Origin: a virus
Taxonomy: Duplodnaviria > Caudoviricetes
DNA length: 57,205 nt
IMG/VR virus record: IMGVR_UViG_3300009151_000084
Span: 1 to 57,205 of that record
Direction: 5' to 3' (one strand)
Shown: positions 26,350-32,638 of the stretch, piece by piece
Position numbering within the stretch: position 1 is the stretch's first letter
How the letters are laid out: the number at the start of each line of letters is the position of its first letter
Translations under genes and position numbers: made by a program
The notes under the pieces: generated by a model
Told to the model about the DNA's origin: nothing
The model's input: only the letters and a program-made list of their open reading frames with translations
Databases searched by the model: none

Positions 26350-26688
26350 AGAAACTGGAACATCACCTCACTCGAGCACGCAGCAGAAATCGCCGCCGCA
26401 CAGACTATCGAAACTGGCAAGATGCACATTGCGTGCGACTACGGCGACCACTGCTCGTCACGCTTCTACACCGTCGAGGTGCCTGCAGTTGGTGACCTCG
26501 TCTCTTACGCGTTCAACGGCGACTACTACCCCTGCGGCGTGGTTACCTCGGTCAGCAAGACTCTCAAGAAAATTACCACTAGCGAGGGTCAAGTCTTTTA
26601 CCGTCGCCGTCAAACTGGTTGTTGGAAAATGAACGGCGTCTGGTCGTTGGTAGGCGGTCACATTGAGCGCCAGAACCCAGAGTTTTAA
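26347..26688 (+). CDS. Hypothetical cassette protein
   Basis: AAGGA RBS before the ATG at 26347. Confidence 0.75.
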   Translation: MRNWNITSLEHAAEIAAAQTIETGKMHIACDYGDHCSSRFYTVEVPAVGDLVSYAFNGDYYPCGVVTSVSKTLKKITTSEGQVFYRRRQTGCWKMNGVWSLVGGHIERQNPEF

Positions 26689-26738
26689 TCAAACGGGGGC
26701 TCAGCCCCCACCCCCATAGCGAATCCAAAGGAAACATC

Positions 26739-27092
26739 ATGAAATTAAATTACAAAGCCCTCTGTTCATCATGCCGCGCAGGCGAAAATAAAGTTTTTGC
26801 CGATGCGTTCGTTACTGGTTACGACCAGATCAATCAGCGCCCCTTTCGAGGCTACCTCTGCGACGATCACCTCGATATCGTTTTGCATGATGGTCAACTG
26901 GTAAACGAAAAAATTCATGCGACGGGTGTTGATGCTGTTTGCAAGGATGAGTTCAATTGCACCCTTGAAGAGTTATGTCTGAATGCTAGGTGGAATCCTA
27001 CGCTGCGCGGTGAACGCCTTGCGCGGCTTGTACATGCGTTTAATTACTACATGGAAGCACACAACAAACCGTGGCGTGCTTGCAACTATTAA
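26739..27092 (+). CDS. Cys-rich hypothetical cassette protein
   Basis: AAGGA RBS; CSSC...LCDDH. Confidence 0.7.
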   Translation: MKLNYKALCSSCRAGENKVFADAFVTGYDQINQRPFRGYLCDDHLDIVLHDGQLVNEKIHATGVDAVCKDEFNCTLEELCLNARWNPTLRGERLARLVHAFNYYMEAHNKPWRACNY

Positions 27093-27115
27093 ATAACGGG
27101 GGGAAACCCCCTCAC

Positions 27116-27144
27116 TTGCGTTCTGAATTTAGTTAACATACAAT
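27116..27144 (+). promoter_or_regulatory. Sigma70-type promoter TTGCGT-17-TACAAT
   Basis: -35 at 27116-27121, -10 at 27139-27144, GTTAAC in the spacer. Confidence 0.7.
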
Positions 27145-27178
27145 TAACGCTCCAACAGCGAATTTACAAGGAAACGAA

Positions 27179-28009
27179 ATGAACTCAATCTTAAACATGC
27201 GCGACGACCTCGATGCTCTGAACGGCACGTCAGTGGTCACCACCACCCTCTACAAAGAGCCTTGCAAGAAGTGCAACGGCAGTGGTAAGTTCATCGGCTA
27301 CACTGGCTTCTCGCTTGGTGATTGCTTCTCTTGCAAGGGCGCAGGCTTCCACGAGTTCAAGACGTCTCCCCAGTACCGCGACAACGCTCGCAAGTCTACC
27401 GCCGTGCGCAAAGAGCGCCAAGCCACCGCCACGATCGACGCCTTCGCTGCTGAGTACGCAGCCGAGCACGCTTGGATGGTCAAGACAGCCCCACGCTTCG
27501 AGTTCGCGCAATCAATGCTCGACGCCGTGGTCAAGTTCGGCTCGCTGACAGAGAAGCAGCTCGCAGCGGTGCAGAAGTGCGTCGCCAAGGATGCTGAGCG
27601 CAACGTAGAGCGTGCAGCCCGCGTCGAGGCAGCTCCACAGGTCGACATCACCAAGATCGAAGTGTCGTTCGCTAACGCTATGGAAAAGGGCATCAAGCGT
27701 CCCAAGTTACGCTTGGCTGAGTTTAAATTCAGCCCTGCTCCTGCGACTGGCAACAACGCAGGCGCCATTTACGTTAAGAGCGGTGACACATACCTCGGCA
27801 AGATTGCAGGCGGCAAGCTCTTTAAATCGCGTGAGTGCGACGATCAGACCGCGGGCAGTATCCTAGCCGCCGCAAGTGATCCAGAGGCTGCAGCGGTCGC
27901 CTACGGTCGCCGCTTCGGTCAGTGCGCGATCTGCGCCCGCGAGCTCAGCAATCAAGAGTCGATCAATCGGGGGATTGGCCCGATCTGCGCCGAGAAGTTC
28001 GGTTGGTAG
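27179..28009 (+). CDS. Zn-finger protein with DUF6011-like C-terminus
   Basis: CKKCNGSG and CFSCKGAG (CxxCxGxG); C-terminal CAICARELS..ESI.RGIGPICA. Confidence 0.75.
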   Translation: MNSILNMRDDLDALNGTSVVTTTLYKEPCKKCNGSGKFIGYTGFSLGDCFSCKGAGFHEFKTSPQYRDNARKSTAVRKERQATATIDAFAAEYAAEHAWMVKTAPRFEFAQSMLDAVVKFGSLTEKQLAAVQKCVAKDAERNVERAARVEAAPQVDITKIEVSFANAMEKGIKRPKLRLAEFKFSPAPATGNNAGAIYVKSGDTYLGKIAGGKLFKSRECDDQTAGSILAAASDPEAAAVAYGRRFGQCAICARELSNQESINRGIGPICAEKFGW

Positions 28010-28012
28010 GAC

Positions 28013-28034
28013 AAGGGGGCGAAAGCCCCTTTTT
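28013..28034 (+). terminator. Rho-independent terminator
   Basis: GGGGGC-GAAA-GCCCCT followed by TTTT. Confidence 0.75.
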
Positions 28035-28040
28035 GTTGTA

Positions 28041-28165
28041 TTAGGGAAACTACCTACAAAAATAATTAAAAATAATTGTTATTTGTTCACCTAAAGTTAA
28101 CGATATCGAATATAGTTACACCACTGCATCCCGCAGGACAGCGAATTTACAAGGAAATCAACATG
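28041..28165 (+). promoter_or_regulatory. Promoter-leader module copy 2
   Basis: TAGGGAAACTACCTA, A/T tract, AAAGTTAACGA, TATAGT, then the shared 40-nt leader. Confidence 0.65.
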
Positions 28166-28543
28166 AACAAGTCTTACCGCGCAATCGTAGCTTCAGATCT
28201 TTATCAAGCAGGCGTCACCGAAGATGGTCGCCCTTTCATCGCTGAGAATTATTACGTCATGATCGAAAACGCAGCAGGTCGTCGCTTTGCTCACAACGTG
28301 GTTTTCAACGGCGCCGTTGTTCATTTTGATGACGAAGAAATTTGCCATTATTTTGAAGATGTTCGCGAAGAGTCAAAAGCTAAGGCAGAAGCCCTTTGCG
28401 ATCGCATCAGCGCAGCTCTTCAAGCAGGTCGCACTCTGGACGGTGCTTATTGGAACGAGATGGATCCTTCTTACGGTTCCGACGAGTACATCTCTCAAGG
28501 TACTGAAGCTCAGCGTGTATTTTTAGAGCGTCAAGAAGCTTAA
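28163..28543 (+). CDS. Hypothetical cassette protein
   Basis: AAGGA RBS; GRRFAH...W.E.DPSYGSDEY. Confidence 0.75.
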   Translation: MNKSYRAIVASDLYQAGVTEDGRPFIAENYYVMIENAAGRRFAHNVVFNGAVVHFDDEEICHYFEDVREESKAKAEALCDRISAALQAGRTLDGAYWNEMDPSYGSDEYISQGTEAQRVFLERQEA

Positions 28544-28590
28544 TCAAACAGGGGGCGCAAGCCCCCACCCACAGCGAACAGGAAAACATC

Positions 28591-28851
28591 ATGACTTACT
28601 TTATCCTTGACAGAACACCAAACGCAATCGACACAGTCAAGTGGACTGACATTTGCCACAGCCAAGAAGCTTTCGTTTTTATTCGCCACGAGCCACGCCG
28701 CGATACAAGCCGTTGGTGCTCAGTTGAACGTCAGCGCCCCTTCATGGTCGCAAGCTACAGCAAGGCGCGTAGTGGCTCTGTGTGGCACGAAATCTCAGCG
28801 CACAAGACACTTGAAGCAGCCATCGCAGCCGCGGTCAAATTAACAAAATAA
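28591..28851 (+). CDS. Hypothetical cassette protein
   Basis: Starts at the ATG of a repeat B copy; stop directly precedes the next copy. Confidence 0.7.
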   Translation: MTYFILDRTPNAIDTVKWTDICHSQEAFVFIRHEPRRDTSRWCSVERQRPFMVASYSKARSGSVWHEISAHKTLEAAIAAAVKLTK

Positions 28852-28897
28852 TTTAACGGGGGCGCAAGCCCCTACTTACAGCGAACAGGAAACTATC

Positions 28898-29143
28898 ATG
28901 ACAATCAAAATCCGCTTTAGCCACTTAATGGAAACAGTCACTTGCAGCGCACCCTTAGTGCGAGTTTATTCACGGCTATCAGACCGCAAGGTGATTTCAA
29001 TCCATCGCTTGCCCGAAGGGATTCAACGCCTGACCTTCACGCCCTCCTGCGTGAATAAAGATCATCGCACCGTTCGTGTCGCCAGTACGTCTTATGACCA
29101 CTTGCTAAAAGCCATTGAAAACAATTCAATTATTAAGCTGTAG
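28898..29143 (+). CDS. Hypothetical cassette protein
   Basis: Starts at the ATG of a repeat B copy. Confidence 0.65.
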   Translation: MTIKIRFSHLMETVTCSAPLVRVYSRLSDRKVISIHRLPEGIQRLTFTPSCVNKDHRTVRVASTSYDHLLKAIENNSIIKL

Positions 29144-29152
29144 GAGCCCATC

Positions 29153-29383
29153 ATGCAATTTAAATCACGCGTCGCAGGCATTCCCTGCATCATCGAAGTT
29201 ACCCACTACAGCATCATCAAGGGCGAGGGCTACGGTGCCCCGTCAGACATCGATGCGCGTGGTGGCGTCGAGTCAGAGTTCGAGTTGTTAGACAGCCGCG
29301 GTCGTCGCGCACTGTGGCTCGAGCGCAAGCTGAACGCTGACATGATCTACAACATCAAATCTGAAATTGCGGAGCTCGTATGA
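29153..29383 (+). CDS. Hypothetical protein
   Basis: AGGAG RBS; GIPCII.VT...LDSRGRRA.WLERK. Confidence 0.7.
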   Translation: MQFKSRVAGIPCIIEVTHYSIIKGEGYGAPSDIDARGGVESEFELLDSRGRRALWLERKLNADMIYNIKSEIAELV

Positions 29384-29469
29384 AGTACACATTCTGGTCG
29401 GAGGTTTGCGGCGCCACCTCGTTGGTGATTTGCTTTATCATGATGATTCTTCTAGTGGGATGCCTTTAG
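29380..29469 (+). CDS. Putative 29-aa membrane peptide
   Basis: GGAG RBS, ATGA overlap, hydrophobic C-terminal half. Confidence 0.4.
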   Translation: MKYTFWSEVCGATSLVICFIMMILLVGCL

Positions 29470-29483
29470 CAAGCAGCTGTGGC

Positions 29484-29797
29484 GACGGGCACACGACCGT
29501 CTAAGCGGATACACTCAGCTTCAGAGTTGACGCCTCGGAAAGACGAGGATCAACACGCATAGGCGTTACTGGCTGACGAGCAGCATTGATCTGAGTCCAA
29601 AGGGGTATGACATGGCTACCCACGGATCAATGCGAAAAGGTAGCGCCTAGCCGTGTTGATAGTGCTATCAACTAATAGCGTCGACGTTAGGCATGAGTGG
29701 GCGGCGCGGGGGTTTAGGTTTTTTACCCTTTAACCATGCCAGTCGGTGCGCGGGAACCTTACTGCGTGAACCGATGGACACCTCGGAAAGACGGGGA
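29484..29797 (+). ncRNA. Candidate structured RNA region with two CCTCG-GAAAGA-CG(A/G)GG hairpins
   Basis: No ORF of 60 aa or more; nested stems 29549-29660 and 29583-29633; repeated hairpin at 29533-29548 and 29781-29796. Confidence 0.5.
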
Positions 29798-29845
29798 CTA
29801 ACAATAAATACGGGTTAGCGTTAACTCGTATAATACGAGGTGATA

Positions 29846-30100
29846 ATGATTAAATTCGACGGATTAGACGACGCACTGGTAGGCATGAGCGAAGTCTGGC
29901 TCACAACAGGCGCCAAGGTGCTCAGAACGGTCTACAGTGGCAACAAGATGGTCGAGCTATTCAAGGCACAGGGTATGACAGACGAAGAGGCTATGGAGTG
30001 GATATCGTTCAATGTCGAGGGTGCCTACGTCGGTGAGGCAACACCGATTGTGTTCTGGGACTACGATCCAGAGTGTGGTTGGGAGTTTGAAGGAGCTTGA
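29846..30100 (+). CDS. Conserved phage hypothetical protein
   Basis: GAGGTG RBS; DGLDDALVG...EA.EW..FN.EGAYVGE.TP; TATAAT at 29829. Confidence 0.75.
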   Translation: MIKFDGLDDALVGMSEVWLTTGAKVLRTVYSGNKMVELFKAQGMTDEEAMEWISFNVEGAYVGEATPIVFWDYDPECGWEFEGA

Positions 30101-30124
30101 CAGAACTTGTAGTGAGAGTAAAAT
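30097..30124 (+). promoter_or_regulatory. Sigma70-type promoter TTGACA-16-TAAAAT
   Basis: TTGACA 30097-30102, TAAAAT 30119-30124. Confidence 0.65.
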
Positions 30125-30136
30125 ATGCAGTATGTA

Positions 30137-30249
30137 GTCGGATTGGAACTCCGACGAATGAAGCCGCTTTAGTATGCGTCCCGCCCCGTTAAGGGGGTCA
30201 GTCCCACAAAGACTGGGTTCCACGGGGTGCAGACTAAAGCGGCTTTTTT
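30137..30249 (+). ncRNA. Candidate pseudoknotted leader / small RNA ending in a U-tract
   Basis: Hairpin GTCGGA-TTGGAAC-TCCGAC; long stem 30161-30183 / 30223-30245 enclosing two hairpins; loop TGGAAC complementary to GTTCCA at 30217-30222. Confidence 0.6.
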
Positions 30250-30449
30250 ATTTTCCCGATCAGATCGTCGGTCACATTCCGACAGGGTCTGGTGGATAGC
30301 TCCTACTGTGGGAAGTCTTGAGACAGGAGCGTGGGTGGCGAAGTTAGCGCCCTAAGACAAACGGCTGACGGGTTCTGTGGCTCCGAAAGGCAAACAGATG
30401 AAGGCGAATCTAGGATGGGCTAGGTTCGTCCACCAAAAGGCAAGTGACA

Positions 30450-30499
30450 GGGATGGGGCAGTAAAGGGGGCAGATGGGGTAAACGGGGAGGGGGTAGGG
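30450..30499 (+). other. G-quadruplex-forming tract
   Basis: Seven runs of 3-5 G with 1-7 nt loops within 50 nt. Confidence 0.6.
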
Positions 30500-30729
30500 T
30501 GACGTATTACTTCGACAAAAAAAAGGGCAGAATTGCCCATCTCTGGAACGACACTGACACGTTCTGTGGCTTCCTGAAAGCAAACGATGGCTCAGGTAAG
30601 CAGATCCAAACAAACAAGCTAGAACGAGACATCTGCCACGCCTGTGAGCTCAAGTGGCTACTGTGGGACGAGGAAGGTAGCACAGAGCCCAAAAGATCTT
30701 TACAATCTCAGGCATCACAAACGCTTTGA
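30499..30729 (+). CDS. Hypothetical Zn-binding protein
   Basis: GTG start; AHLW...DTFC...ICHAC. Confidence 0.55.
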   Translation: MTYYFDKKKGRIAHLWNDTDTFCGFLKANDGSGKQIQTNKLERDICHACELKWLLWDEEGSTEPKRSLQSQASQTL

Positions 30730-30739
30730 GAGAAAGCTG

Positions 30740-31216
30740 ATGGCAACAAAGAAACCAAACGGTAGACCGACCAAGTACACAGAAGAGCTTGTCGCGGAGA
30801 TATGCGACAGGGTAGCGAACGGTACGCCGCTGCGGGAGATCTGCAGGGAGGAGGGGAAGCCGACGTGGTCGACCATATACAACTGGATTGCAAGCAACGA
30901 CGAGTTATTTACACGCTTCGCTCGCGCCCGAGAATTGGGCACTGACGCCATTGCGGAGGACGCGATTGCGATCCTCGACGCCATCCCTGAGCGCATCGAT
31001 GGGGGGCGGATGGACTCAGCGTATGTCCAGTGGCAAAAGAATCGCGTGGAGATGCGTTTAAAGCTGTTGGCGAAGTGGAACCCACGCAAGTATGGCGACA
31101 AGACGATCCTCGCAGGCGACAAGGAGAACCCCGTGGTGACAGAGTCGACGGTGAACGTACTCGACGCAGCCCTGCTCAATCTGGAGCGCAAGCTGCAGGT
31201 CAAGAATGAAGAGTAG
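30740..31216 (+). CDS. terS: Terminase small subunit
   Basis: GRPTKYTEEL..EIC.R.A.G..LR.IC, F.RARE.G, L.KWNPRKYGDK; directly upstream of terL. Confidence 0.85.
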   Translation: MATKKPNGRPTKYTEELVAEICDRVANGTPLREICREEGKPTWSTIYNWIASNDELFTRFARARELGTDAIAEDAIAILDAIPERIDGGRMDSAYVQWQKNRVEMRLKLLAKWNPRKYGDKTILAGDKENPVVTESTVNVLDAALLNLERKLQVKNEE

Positions 31217-32638
31217 GTGTTCACAGTGAACACTTTGACTGACTCGCTCGAGCTGTTCAAGAGTGAGGAGTTCCGCAAGACGTACCTGAGCGCCCCTGCG
31301 GTTAATCGCATCGCGTTCAACTGGCGCCTGAAGTGGCTGTCGACCGCGCACCCCCACCAGATCACCCCGAGCGGGGACTGGTACAACATCCACCTTCTAT
31401 TAGCAGGAAGGGGGGCGGGCAAGACGAGGGTGGCGGCGGAGCAGATCGGATGGTGGGCGTGGCAGCTGCCTAACAGTAGGTGGCTAGTCTCCGCCCCCAC
31501 GAGCTCGGACGTCAGGGCTACCTGCTTTGAGGGTGACTCTGGGCTGATCAGCGTAATCCCACCTGAGCTCGTGGCTGACTACAACAAGAGCTACCACGAG
31601 ATCAAGCTGATCAATGGCTCGCTGATCAAGGGGATCCCCGCGTCAGAGCCTGAGCGCTTTCGCGGTGGTCAGTATCATGGCGCTTGGCTCGATGAGTTAG
31701 CCGCGTGGGACTACCTCAGAGAAGCGTGGGACATGATCCAGTTCGGCGTGCGTCTGGGCAACAAGACAATGATCTTGGCTACCACCACGCCTAAGCCGAA
31801 AGAACTGATCCTAGAGCTGATCGAGCGCGATGGCGATGACGTCTGTGTCACGACGGCTTCGACCCACTCTAATATAGATAACCTCGCGCCAAGCTTTAAG
31901 GCGCAGATCCTGAGCTACGAGGGCACCAAGATCGGCAGGCAGGAGATCTACGCCGAGATCATCGATCCAGAGGAGGGAGGGATTATCGTCAGGGACTGGT
32001 TCCGCCTGTGGTCAGCGGAGCGGGCGTTCCCTGAGTTCGAGTACATCCTGCAGAGCTACGACACGGCGTTCACTGAGCGCACGACAGGCGATCCGACGGC
32101 GTGTTCGGTCTGGGGTATATTCAAGCCCCTCGATCGTCCGCTATGCGCGATGCTGATCGACTGTTGGTCGGAGCACCTCGCGTACCCTGACCTGAAGCCG
32201 AAGCTGTTAGAGGACTATGAGGCGGTGTACGGGGAGCCCGGCAAGCGCGTCGACCTCGTCCTCATCGAGGAGAAGGCGAGCGGGCAGTCGTTGATACAAG
32301 ACCTTGGCAGAGCGCATGTGCAGGTGCGGGGCTATAACCCCGGGAAGTTGGACAAAGTGCAACGCGTCCACCTCATCTCAAACATCATCGCCGCAGGGCG
32401 CGTCTACATCCCTGAGTCGACCAAGCGCAAGGGCTACGTCCGCGACTGGGCTGAGCCCTTCGTGCAGCAGGTCTGCTCGTTCCCTGAGACCAGCCACGAT
32501 GACTACGTCGACACGATGTCGCAGGCGCTGCGCTACCTGAGAGACGCAGGCTTCCTAGACATCGACCCCGATCCGCATTATGATGACGAATACGTCGACG
32601 ACTCTCGCATCAAGCGAGTCAACCCTTACGCAGCGTGA
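31217..32638 (+). CDS. terL: Terminase large subunit
   Basis: AGRGAGKT Walker A, WLDE Walker B, TTTP, QSYDTA, IEEKASG, HDDYVD. The start could be GTG 31226. Confidence 0.92.
   Translation: MFTVNTLTDSLELFKSEEFRKTYLSAPAVNRIAFNWRLKWLSTAHPHQITPSGDWYNIHLLLAGRGAGKTRVAAEQIGWWAWQLPNSRWLVSAPTSSDVRATCFEGDSGLISVIPPELVADYNKSYHEIKLINGSLIKGIPASEPERFRGGQYHGAWLDELAAWDYLREAWDMIQFGVRLGNKTMILATTTPKPKELILELIERDGDDVCVTTASTHSNIDNLAPSFKAQILSYEGTKIGRQEIYAEIIDPEEGGIIVRDWFRLWSAERAFPEFEYILQSYDTAFTERTTGDPTACSVWGIFKPLDRPLCAMLIDCWSEHLAYPDLKPKLLEDYEAVYGEPGKRVDLVLIEEKASGQSLIQDLGRAHVQVRGYNPGKLDKVQRVHLISNIIAAGRVYIPESTKRKGYVRDWAEPFVQQVCSFPETSHDDYVDTMSQALRYLRDAGFLDIDPDPHYDDEYVDDSRIKRVNPYAA

Larger units (their letters stand above)
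26689..28900 (+). repeat. Intergenic repeat family B: GGGGGC-N4-GCCCC hairpin and/or YAGCGAA...AGGAAA..ATG leader
   Basis: Copies at 26689-26741, 27093-27181, 28013-28034, 28544-28593 and 28852-28900; the leader core also occurs at 26323-26349 and 28139-28165. Confidence 0.85.

Noticed and set aside
23213-28900. Integron attC cassettes
   Set aside because: No RYYYAAC/GTTRRRY-bounded long imperfect palindromes and no tyrosine recombinase; the linkers are too short.
29484-29797. tRNA cluster
   Set aside because: No T-loop GTTCRA or cloverleaf spacing found by eye.
30715-31500. 261-aa minus-strand ORF and the many other antisense ORFs in the track
   Set aside because: They shadow well-supported plus-strand genes and lack an RBS or recognisable motifs.
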